DNA of 43,208 nucleotides from a virus: IMG/VR virus record IMGVR_UViG_3300045988_065740, positions 1 to 43,208 of that record; one strand, 5' to 3'. Shown piece by piece: positions 1 to 8,069 of this stretch (position 1 is its first letter; each line of letters starts with the position of its first letter). The notes under the pieces were generated by a model. It saw only the letters and a program-made list of their open reading frames with translations, ran no database searches and was not told where the DNA came from. The position numbers and the translations under genes were made by a program.

Positions 1-99
1 TCTTTTTTGATATGCCAGATGACAACGTTCTGACACACCACAGCACATATCTGATGAACCGATTTATTGACGATGCCTACAAGGCCCGTATGGAGCGCA
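1..99. repeat. Terminal overlap, copy 1 (identical to 43110-43208)
   Basis: tcttttttgatatgccagatgac...cccgtatggagcgca occurs at both ends of the window. It lies inside the terL reading frame. Confidence 0.95.
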
Positions 100-692
100 G
101 GAAGGCCGTTGATCCTGAAGGGTATCAGATATATGGCCTTGGGGAATGGGGCGAAATAGGCGGCTTAATACTCCATAATTGGGAGGTCAAAGAGGTCAGC
201 CAAAATCTGAATGATTATGATGACATCGCCATTGGTCAGGACTTCGGTTTTAACCACGCAAACGCAGTTCTGCTGCTTGGCATGAAGGATGATAATATCC
301 ACATCCTGTCTGAAATCTATGTCTTTGAAAAGGACACGTCAGAGATCATCCAGCTTGCTTCAGATGTTCCACGGAACAAGCAAATGTGGTGTGATTCCGC
401 AGAGCCGGACAGGATCAAGATGTGGCAGAAGGCCGGGTTCCGTGCAAGGGGCGTGGACAAGGGCGGTTCTGCCGGATCGGTCAAAGCGCAAATTGACTGG
501 CTGAAGCAGCGGAAAATCTACGTCCATCCGCATTGCGTGAATACCATCAAGGAGTTGCAGCAGTGGAAATGGAAAAAAGATGATAAGTCAGGTGAATATC
601 TTGATGAACCCGTCCCATTCCAGGATGACGCAATGGCAGCGTTGCGATACGGCGTGGAGGGCTGGCGCAAAGTCAAGAAGTGGCTGACTTAA
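1..692 (+). CDS. terL: Terminase large subunit, C-terminal (nuclease) part; continues from 42575
   Basis: The frame is open from base 1. It is in phase with the ORF starting at 42575 once the 99-nt overlap is collapsed. The joined protein is about 408 aa. Confidence 0.85.
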   Translation, partial: FFDMPDDNVLTHHSTYLMNRFIDDAYKARMERRKAVDPEGYQIYGLGEWGEIGGLILHNWEVKEVSQNLNDYDDIAIGQDFGFNHANAVLLLGMKDDNIHILSEIYVFEKDTSEIIQLASDVPRNKQMWCDSAEPDRIKMWQKAGFRARGVDKGGSAGSVKAQIDWLKQRKIYVHPHCVNTIKELQQWKWKKDDKSGEYLDEPVPFQDDAMAALRYGVEGWRKVKKWLT

Positions 693-729
693 TCATAAAT
701 ACAGAGAAAATGAAAGAGAGTGCCACAAA

Positions 730-1176
730 ATGACTATCAAAGAAATCCTATACGGCAGCGGCGGTGCGCTGGTGCTTATCATGTCGCTTTTGCAGGTGTC
801 CAAAATCAACATCAATCCCTGGACGGCAATCTTCGGCTGGATCGGGAAGCAGCTCAATCACGAGGTGCTGAAAAAGGTTTCCGCACTTGAAAAGAACATA
901 AAAACCATGCAGACGGACATTGACACGATCAGGGACGAAGGCCGGGAGCGCCATGCCAAGGACTGCCGCGTTAGGATTCTGCGGTTTGCCGATGAAATCT
1001 ATTTAGGCACAAACCATAGCCAGGAGCATTATAAACAGGTGCTTGGTGACATCACAGCATATGAGAACTACTGTGACGCACATACGGAATTTGAAAACCA
1101 AATCGCTGTGTCGGCAATCCGGCAGATCAAGGAAGCCTATGACCGGCACACGCGGCAGCATGATTTTTTGCAGTAA
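730..1176 (+). CDS. Hypothetical protein with one N-terminal transmembrane helix and a coiled-coil-like C-terminal part
   Basis: 148-aa ORF. Hydrophobic stretch GSGGALVLIMSLLQV near the N-terminus, followed by a charged helical region. No family recognised. Confidence 0.6.
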   Translation: MTIKEILYGSGGALVLIMSLLQVSKININPWTAIFGWIGKQLNHEVLKKVSALEKNIKTMQTDIDTIRDEGRERHAKDCRVRILRFADEIYLGTNHSQEHYKQVLGDITAYENYCDAHTEFENQIAVSAIRQIKEAYDRHTRQHDFLQ

Positions 1177-1188
1177 GAGGTGAACGCA

Positions 1189-2049
1189 ATGCCTGAAATG
1201 ATGAATATCACAGTCAGAAACAAAATCGCCACAAAGACCGATAACGTGGCCTATGTGTGCGGCAACAGCGATTATGTCATCAATTTTGACTTTGACAGCG
1301 AGTGGGATGCATACGACACGAAAACAGCGCGGTTTGCCCACGATGGGCAGCATACGGACGTTGTTTTCGCCGGCAATCAGTGCAATGTCCCCATCATCAC
1401 AAATACATACGCTTTCCATGTCGGCGTTTTTGCCGGTGATTTGCACACGACTACAGCGGCGCGTGTGCCTTGCCGTAAGTCCATCCTTTGCGGCTCTGGC
1501 GCCCCCGCCAACCCCACGCCTGATGTGTACGACCAGCTGATGGCGCGGATTAACGACCTTGGCGATGTCGGGTCTGTCGTGCAACGTGGCTATAACGATG
1601 TAGTCGCGGCAATCTCCAATATGTTTGGTGAAACAGAAACCGTCCTATGCACAGTTACACCGGAGGATTTTGATGAAAACAGGATGTGCTTAATCCCAAG
1701 CGAGGAAACATTTACGTTTTCAACAAATTCCTACGTTAAAGCGCAGATTGAAACCGAATCAACAAGCAGTGAAATACGACTCGATTCCGAAAACATTGCC
1801 GCAGGGAAATATGCTTTTTTTTGTAATGAGTTTGGTTTGGTGGTTGGGGCAAAGCCTAATCCCGAAAGCCACAGCTTTTTGGATTATGCGGGGTTCTGCG
1901 TCAACTACAACCCCGATTTTGACATGAGCAAAATGACGCGTCTCACATTTGTAAAAGTGGACGTGAAGAAGATCCCAATCGAATATGTTGACACAACAGA
2001 CATTGAAGGAGCTATTCGGAATATTACGGACGAGGTGAGGTCATTGTGA
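1189..2049 (+). CDS. Hypothetical protein, possibly structural or fibre-like
   Basis: ORF 1180..2049. ATG at 1189 lies 8 nt after aagagg; GTG at 1180 is an alternative start. No motif recognised with confidence. Confidence 0.6.
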   Translation: MPEMMNITVRNKIATKTDNVAYVCGNSDYVINFDFDSEWDAYDTKTARFAHDGQHTDVVFAGNQCNVPIITNTYAFHVGVFAGDLHTTTAARVPCRKSILCGSGAPANPTPDVYDQLMARINDLGDVGSVVQRGYNDVVAAISNMFGETETVLCTVTPEDFDENRMCLIPSEETFTFSTNSYVKAQIETESTSSEIRLDSENIAAGKYAFFCNEFGLVVGAKPNPESHSFLDYAGFCVNYNPDFDMSKMTRLTFVKVDVKKIPIEYVDTTDIEGAIRNITDEVRSL

Positions 2050-2783
2050 GTAATTCGCTTGATTTGGCGTTCTCTGATTTGAGAACTGCTATAAAAAACG
2101 TAAATTTATATCGCAGCCCGTATATCAACTTGCCAATTGGGGTTGGACAAGACGCTTTTGGGAGAATTACTGTCAAAGAATCAGGAGGCACCACGATTGC
2201 CAACGAAGTATTACAAAACAGAAGCGCAACTGTCCCCGATAACGTGTCTTACTTTCAGGTTGATTCGCTCCCCGCTTTCTTAGACTATGTAAATTTGCGT
2301 AATAACTTGAATTGCACGATCCGGGTTAATACGGTTACGGACAGTGGCCCGGTTTTCGTTCAAAGAAACGGTACTGATCTTGCAACGAATATCATTTATG
2401 CACCTTACACTCTCATATTGCCATACACTTTTTACAAACTTTATAGAGTGTCGTTTATAGCAATTGACTTTGCGTTTAGACGCGGTCTATATCTTAACCG
2501 CTACGGAAACAATGTGTTGAACCACGAGAGATGGATATATAATACCGATCACATAGACGAGGCAAACGACAATATGAGGGCAACCGTGGATTTCGACAAA
2601 GGCTACGATATGTCCCCGATGTATCTAAACCGCCTATACTTGTCGGCAAAAACGCTTGAAAATCTCGCGAATAAGCTCGGCACGGTGACGAATGGAAAGT
2701 TGTACCTCGGCAGCAAAAACATCGCAAACATGACAACCGAACAGAAAAACGCGATTATCGCCAAGGGCTGGACGATCTATTAA
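2046..2783 (+). CDS. Hypothetical protein (AT-richer ORF)
   Basis: 245-aa ORF. GTG start overlaps the upstream stop (gTGA), with gaggtgagg upstream. Composition is visibly AT-richer than the neighbouring genes. Confidence 0.6.
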   Translation: MSNSLDLAFSDLRTAIKNVNLYRSPYINLPIGVGQDAFGRITVKESGGTTIANEVLQNRSATVPDNVSYFQVDSLPAFLDYVNLRNNLNCTIRVNTVTDSGPVFVQRNGTDLATNIIYAPYTLILPYTFYKLYRVSFIAIDFAFRRGLYLNRYGNNVLNHERWIYNTDHIDEANDNMRATVDFDKGYDMSPMYLNRLYLSAKTLENLANKLGTVTNGKLYLGSKNIANMTTEQKNAIIAKGWTIY

Positions 2784-2858
2784 GCCGATGCAAAACATGC
2801 TAACGCCCTGACGGGGCTTAATTTACACGCGCAATGCGCAGTTCAAGGAGGTGAAAAT

Positions 2859-4307
2859 GTGCTAACCACACAGGAAATTAAAAAGTTTATCAACAATGAT
2901 GCTGCCAGCGTGAAGAAGCAGCTTGCAAAGACCGGCTTGCGGTATTATGAGGGCAGACACGACATCAAGGACTATCGCATTTTCTACATAGACGCAGATG
3001 GGAAAGTTAAAGAGGATAAAACAAAAAGCAATATCCGCATTTCCCATCCGTTTTTCGCGGAAATTGTAGATCAGATTGTCCCCTATCTACTGTCCGGCAA
3101 GGATAGGATCATCAAGTCAGATAATCCGGCATTGCAGGAGCAGCTTGACGCATACTTCAATGACAATGACGCTTTCGTTGCAGAGCTGGCCGAAACCATC
3201 ACTGGTGTACAGGCCAAGGGCTTTGATTGGATGTTTGCCAACAGAGACGAGGACGGCAAGACGCGGTTCCAGTGGGCTGACTGCATGGGCGTTGTTGAGT
3301 GCGAAGCAAAATACACGTCCGACAAGCGGAACTATGTGATCTACTACTACGAAGATCGGATTGACAATGACGGAAACAGAATTGTCAATATTCGCGTGTA
3401 TGATGATACGCAGGTATGGTTTTATACCTGCGTCAATGACGGCGAAATCAAGCCGGATGATTCAATCAAGCCAAATCCGCAGCCGCACAGCATCTTCCAG
3501 ATGGACGGCAACGGAAAGATTGGCGGCACAAGCTATGGGTTTATTCCCTTCTTCCGCATGGACAACTGCAAAAAGCAGGTGTCCGCGCTGCCGCCTATCA
3601 AAGACCTGATTGATGACTATGACCTGATGAACGCCGGTCTTTCCAATAACATCCAAGACACGAATGAAGCGCTGTATGTGGTCAGGGGCTTTGACGGTGA
3701 TAATCTGGACGAGCTGATGACCAACATCAAGGCAAAGAAGCATATCGGCGTTGACGAAGAAGGCGGCGTTGACATCAAGACCGTTGACATCCCGGTTGAA
3801 GCGCGGAAAACAAAGATGGAAGTGGATGAAAAGAACATTTACCGCTTCGGATTTGCGCTGAATACGGCTGGCTTGAAGGACACAGCGGCCACCACAAACC
3901 TTGCTATCCAGTCGGCCTATTCTCTGCTGGAACTCCGCGCAAAGAAGCTGGAAAACCGCCTGAAGCCGTTCCTGCGCAAGCTGATTGACGTTGTTCTGAA
4001 GGAGATCAACGAGGAAAACGGCACGGGATTCGTACAGAGTGATGTTTACTTCTGCTTTGAACGCGAGATTCCCACCAACGCGCAAGAAAACGCGCAGATT
4101 GAGTTAATCGAAGCACAGAAGCGACAGACGGAGATCACCACGATCCTGAATCTTGCCGGGACGATTGATGACGAAACCAAGCTGCAACTGATCTGCGAAC
4201 AGCTTGACATTGACTATCAGGACATCAAGGACAAAGTACCAGCGCCGGAAGATGATCCGACAGCGGCGGCACAAGCGGCGCTTGGCGGTGTTGTGCCGGA
4301 GGGGTGA
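2859..4307 (+). CDS. Portal protein (SPP1 gp6-like)
   Basis: 482 aa. GTG start follows aaggagg. Size, acidic C-terminus and position before a MuF-domain gene are typical of SPP1-type portals. Confidence 0.85.
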   Translation: MLTTQEIKKFINNDAASVKKQLAKTGLRYYEGRHDIKDYRIFYIDADGKVKEDKTKSNIRISHPFFAEIVDQIVPYLLSGKDRIIKSDNPALQEQLDAYFNDNDAFVAELAETITGVQAKGFDWMFANRDEDGKTRFQWADCMGVVECEAKYTSDKRNYVIYYYEDRIDNDGNRIVNIRVYDDTQVWFYTCVNDGEIKPDDSIKPNPQPHSIFQMDGNGKIGGTSYGFIPFFRMDNCKKQVSALPPIKDLIDDYDLMNAGLSNNIQDTNEALYVVRGFDGDNLDELMTNIKAKKHIGVDEEGGVDIKTVDIPVEARKTKMEVDEKNIYRFGFALNTAGLKDTAATTNLAIQSAYSLLELRAKKLENRLKPFLRKLIDVVLKEINEENGTGFVQSDVYFCFEREIPTNAQENAQIELIEAQKRQTEITTILNLAGTIDDETKLQLICEQLDIDYQDIKDKVPAPEDDPTAAAQAALGGVVPEG

Positions 4308-4589
4308 TGACCTATCAACAAATGGGAAAAAGAAGTCCAGCAGTCCCTTCTTGATTCTGAAGCGGCGGCGCTGAAAGAGCTTGAAAAGCAGTATGCAGCG
4401 GCACTGAAGGACATCAGTGAAAAGGTAAAGCTGTTTCAGGCAGACATTGACCTGCTGGATCAGGCGCTTTCGCAGGACGGTCTTGATGAAACCACAAGGG
4501 CGCTGCTGCAATCGCAGAAGCGGTCAAAGATTTATCAGCAGAACTACCAAAAGGCGCTTCGGGGCCAGGTCAGCGGCATTCTGGACAAG

Positions 4590-5957
4590 ATGCACGGTGA
4601 CAATTACGGCACCATTGACAAATACCTGAATGGATGCTATGAAACCGGCTATATCGGCGTTATGTACGATATAGCCGGTCAGGGCGTTCCTCTTGTGGTG
4701 CCCATTGACCAGGCGGCGGCTATCAAGGCCGTGCTGACTGATTCCAAGGTCAGTAATGGCCTGTATGCTGCGCTGGGCGTTGATGTAGCAACACTGAAGA
4801 AGTCCATCACACAGGAGATCAGCCGGGGCATTGCGTCCTCTCTCCCCTACTCTGATATTGCCCGGAACATCAGCAACGTGTCCAAAGCGCCGCTGTCCAG
4901 AGCAAAAACCATCGCCCGGACAGAAGGCCACCGCATACAGCAGACATCATCCCGTGACGCACAATATGCAGCGAAGAAAAAGGGCGCTGACGTGCTGAAA
5001 CAGTGGGATGCTGCGCTTGACGGCAGAACACGGCCTTCCCACGCAAGAGTTGACGGCGAAATCCGGGAGCTTGACGAAAAGTTTTCCAATGGCCTTATGT
5101 TCCCCGGCGATCCATCCGGTGGAGCTGCCGAAGTTGTAAACTGCCGCTGCACGTCCAACACCAGGGCAAGGTGGGCGCTTGATGAAGAAGAACTTCAGAC
5201 GCTGAAAGAACGCGCTGAATACTTCGGGCTGGATAAGACGGAAAACTTTGAGGATTTCAAGCAGAAGTATTTGAAAGCGGCTGAAGCGCCAACGGCCCGG
5301 AAATTTACTCCGGCAAAAACCATTGAAGATGCAGCAAAATTCGCAAAGGATGTGCTTGGAATTGAGCAAACGACAGCATATCAGCTTGGAATGAACCTTG
5401 ATGTTGCAAATGGACTGAATGAAGCCGTTATGAGAATAAACGGCACATTCGGCAGTTTGACTGCATCCGGGTACTTGGAGAACGTTCTCCTTTACACAAA
5501 GAAATCTGGCTCATACGCTGCGTATTCTGCCCCTTTGAGTTCAGTCTTTCTAAATCCCATTGTAAAGCAAAAAAGCGCAATAAAGAAAATGACGGAAGAT
5601 GCTATGGGCCAATTTGAGCCGGGCGCATGGAGCACAGGAAACGCTTTCCACACTGTGTATCATGAGTTGGGCCACGCCGTTCAACATATGGCTCTTGACA
5701 ACGATGCCGTAAAAAGGAATAAAATTGATGTATTGTACAGAAAGGCTTTTTCTGATATATTGGGTGACGGAACGGCATGGACGATGGATCAAGACGCGGC
5801 ATTACCACTCGCAAAAAAAGCGAAAGATGCAGGTTTCAGCTATTACGGTTTGAGAAACTCCGGTGAATTTGTAGCAGAAAGCATTGCACAGTATTACCTA
5901 TCTGACAAGCCGGGCGAAATCGCAAAACAAGTTGTTGAAATTTTGAAAGGAAAATGA
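4590..5957 (+). CDS. Minor head protein (MuF / SPP1 gp7 family) with a C-terminal HExxH metallopeptidase-like domain; the true start is probably upstream (see finding)
   Basis: MuF-type core: TIARTEGHRIQQ...DGRTRPSHARVDGE...VNCRCT. C-terminal part contains HTVYHELGHAVQH and EFVAESIAQ. The same frame is open back to 4311 without ATG, GTG or TTG. Confidence 0.85.
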   Translation: MHGDNYGTIDKYLNGCYETGYIGVMYDIAGQGVPLVVPIDQAAAIKAVLTDSKVSNGLYAALGVDVATLKKSITQEISRGIASSLPYSDIARNISNVSKAPLSRAKTIARTEGHRIQQTSSRDAQYAAKKKGADVLKQWDAALDGRTRPSHARVDGEIRELDEKFSNGLMFPGDPSGGAAEVVNCRCTSNTRARWALDEEELQTLKERAEYFGLDKTENFEDFKQKYLKAAEAPTARKFTPAKTIEDAAKFAKDVLGIEQTTAYQLGMNLDVANGLNEAVMRINGTFGSLTASGYLENVLLYTKKSGSYAAYSAPLSSVFLNPIVKQKSAIKKMTEDAMGQFEPGAWSTGNAFHTVYHELGHAVQHMALDNDAVKRNKIDVLYRKAFSDILGDGTAWTMDQDAALPLAKKAKDAGFSYYGLRNSGEFVAESIAQYYLSDKPGEIAKQVVEILKGK

Positions 5958-5960
5958 TAT

Positions 5961-6143
5961 ATGCTTCTTACATTAGGAGATATGGATTTTTTGTCCAAGG
6001 CAACCGAAAAGGGCAATGACGGTCTGCTTGTAGCCAAAACTGGCCTTTCGGAAGAAGAAAAGGAAAGACTTTCGGACATTGACGAAATGAATTTCACGAC
6101 TTACGGTGAACATTTGATTAAAAATCACCGTGATTTGAAATAA
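5961..6143 (+). CDS. Small acidic hypothetical protein; candidate partner or immunity protein for the MuF C-terminal domain
   Basis: 60-aa ORF starting 4 nt after the MuF stop. It is followed by an intrinsic terminator. Confidence 0.5.
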   Translation: MLLTLGDMDFLSKATEKGNDGLLVAKTGLSEEEKERLSDIDEMNFTTYGEHLIKNHRDLK

Positions 6144-6144
6144 A

Positions 6145-6173
6145 AGCACTGTGCACCCGCACGGTGCTTTTTC
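6145..6173 (+). terminator. Intrinsic terminator
   Basis: agcactgtgc-accc-gcacggtgct stem-loop (one G-U pair) followed by ttttt. Confidence 0.75.
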
Positions 6174-6261
6174 TATGCCAAAAAACACACGCCGCACTTT
6201 TTTGATGCGTTCATCGTGCGTTCGCAAGTTACAGGCAAGTTAAAAAACATAGATGAATCAA

Positions 6262-6289
6262 GGGTTTGCAGGTTTGCAAGCCCTTTTTT
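6262..6289 (+). terminator. Second intrinsic terminator
   Basis: gggtttgca / tgcaagccc stem followed by tttttt. Confidence 0.7.
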
Positions 6290-6323
6290 CATACACAAAA
6301 TCAAGTAAAAATTATTTGAAAGG

Positions 6324-6551
6324 ATGGTAAAAACCATGAAAATTCCTAACAAGATTTATGATGTGCTGAAGTGGGTGGTCATCATCGTCATGCCCGCCAT
6401 TGCTACTCTGTATGCGGCTCTGTCCGCTGTGTGGGCGTGGCCGTACTCTGACGAGGTTGTGACTACCATCACCGCCGTGGACACCTTCCTGGGTGCTGTG
6501 CTGTGCATTTCTGCGGCTACCTACCACAAGGAGGGGAAAGACAATGGCTAA
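6324..6551 (+). CDS. Holin (Dp-1 / phi-LC3-like small holin)
   Basis: 75 aa. KIYDVLKWVVIIVMPAIATLYAALSAVWAWPY...ITAVDTFLGAVL gives two hydrophobic segments. It sits immediately upstream of, and overlaps, the amidase gene. Alternative start ATG 6336. Confidence 0.8.
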   Translation: MVKTMKIPNKIYDVLKWVVIIVMPAIATLYAALSAVWAWPYSDEVVTTITAVDTFLGAVLCISAATYHKEGKDNG

Positions 6552-7221
6552 ACGCGTATATCTGTCCCCCAGCGACCAGACGGAAAACCGCTATGCCTGG
6601 GGCAACACCACGGAAGCTGTACAGTGCGGAAAAATTGCCGCAGCTTGCAAGGCCGCTTTGGAGCGCTCTGGCGTGGAAGTGAAGCTGGGGCAGTATGACA
6701 CCATGGCGAACCGCTGTGCAGCGTCTGACGCGTTCAAGGCTAATCTGCACGTCCCCATCCATACCAACGCATTCAATGGCAAGGTCATGGGTACGCGGAT
6801 GTTCTGCTACAGCGCAAACGGCAGGGGCATGGATGCTTGCAAAGCTATCTTCGCCCAGCTTGCGCCTATCACCCCCGGAACGAGCGAAAACATCAAGGTC
6901 AATGCCGATCTGTATGAAGTGCGCGTTCCCGCTGCGCCTACGGCCTACATTGAATGCGAGTTCCACGACAACCCCACCAGCGCAAAGTGGATCGTGGAGA
7001 ACACCGGCCTTATCGGTGAGACTATCGCAAAGGGCATCTGTAACTTCCTGGGCGTGAAGTTCGTCCCCGCAAAGGCAGAGGAACCCAAACCCGCCGAAAA
7101 GCCCGCAGAAGGCAAGCTGTACCGGGTGCAGGTCGGCGCATATGCCGTCCGCGCCAACGCCGAGAAGATGCTGGCAAAGCTCAAGGCGGCTGGCTTCAAC
7201 GGATTCATTAAGCAGGATTAA
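6544..7221 (+). CDS. Endolysin: N-acetylmuramoyl-L-alanine amidase (Amidase_3-like) with a C-terminal SPOR-like domain
   Basis: ATG 6544 follows aaggagggga. Amidase-like motifs HVPIHTNA and ECEFHDN. PAEKPAEG linker, then YRVQVGAYAVRANAEKMLAKLKAAGF, which is SPOR-like. Confidence 0.85.
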   Translation: MAKRVYLSPSDQTENRYAWGNTTEAVQCGKIAAACKAALERSGVEVKLGQYDTMANRCAASDAFKANLHVPIHTNAFNGKVMGTRMFCYSANGRGMDACKAIFAQLAPITPGTSENIKVNADLYEVRVPAAPTAYIECEFHDNPTSAKWIVENTGLIGETIAKGICNFLGVKFVPAKAEEPKPAEKPAEGKLYRVQVGAYAVRANAEKMLAKLKAAGFNGFIKQD

Positions 7222-7222
7222 G

Positions 7223-7254
7223 CCATTTTCCCCATCCGGGGAAGATGGTTTTTT
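7223..7254 (+). terminator. Intrinsic terminator after the lysis cassette
   Basis: ccattttcccc-atcc-ggggaagatgg followed by tttttt. Confidence 0.8.
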
Positions 7255-7387
7255 CATTGTCCTGGACATGACGATTAAACTGTCCTCCAAATTTATCTGT
7301 TGCGCTTACAGACTTAAACAAGCGCTTGTCCGTGGATGACACCACGATTAAAAACCGCGACAAATTTTGAAAGGACGGATATCAACA

Positions 7388-8047
7388 ATGGATTTTCTGA
7401 AGGCAATTTTGAGTGAGGAACTCTATAAGCAGCTGGAAACGGCGCTCAATACCTACAACGGCAACGAGGAAAACAAGGATAAGCAGGTGAAACTTGCCAA
7501 TCTTGCCAGCGGCGAGTATGTCGGGAAGGGCAAGTATGACGCGCTGGACGCACTGCTGAAGGGTAAGGAAACCGAGCTGAACACGGCCAACGGCCTGATT
7601 GCCGATCTGAAGAAAGGAACCAAGGGCAACGAGGAACTTCAGGGCAAAATCACGACCTACGAAGGGCAGATTCAGCAGCTTCAGGAGCAGCTTCAGGAAA
7701 CGAAAATCAAGTCTGCGGTCAAGGTGGCGCTTTTGTCCGAAAAGGCGCTTGATGTGGATTACCTGTCTTTCAAGCTGGAAAGCAAGATGAAAGAGGACGG
7801 CAAGAAGATCGAGCTTGACGATGCAGACAACATCAAGGGATGGAAAGACCTTATTTCCGAACTGAAAACGCAGTTCCCCAATCAGTTTGAAAACGAGGGA
7901 AAGCGCAAGTTCCTTGATGGCAGCTTGCCGCCCACGGGTGGCAGTGGAACTGTTACGCTTGAGCAGTTCCGCAAGATGGGCGTTGAAGAACGCTCTAAAT
8001 TCAAGGCAGAAAACGAAACCTTGTATAACCAGTACAAGGGAAACTGA
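7388..8047 (+). CDS. Scaffolding protein (GP20-like)
   Basis: ATG 7388 follows gaaaggacgg. Highly charged coiled-coil sequence (QGKITTYEGQIQQLQEQLQETK). Positioned directly upstream of the capsid gene. Confidence 0.8.
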   Translation: MDFLKAILSEELYKQLETALNTYNGNEENKDKQVKLANLASGEYVGKGKYDALDALLKGKETELNTANGLIADLKKGTKGNEELQGKITTYEGQIQQLQEQLQETKIKSAVKVALLSEKALDVDYLSFKLESKMKEDGKKIELDDADNIKGWKDLISELKTQFPNQFENEGKRKFLDGSLPPTGGSGTVTLEQFRKMGVEERSKFKAENETLYNQYKGN

Positions 8048-8069
8048 CGAAGAAATGAGGTAATGTATT

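Noticed and set aside
1-99. The terminal direct repeat read as a biological DTR or LTR
   Set aside because: It lies inside the terL reading frame and is an exact 99-nt overlap, which is typical of assembly circularisation.
6493-6543. Upstream ATG 6493 as the endolysin start
   Set aside because: It lies inside the holin gene, gives an implausible N-terminus (MLCCAFLRLPTTRRGKT) and has no RBS. ATG 6544 follows aaggagggga.
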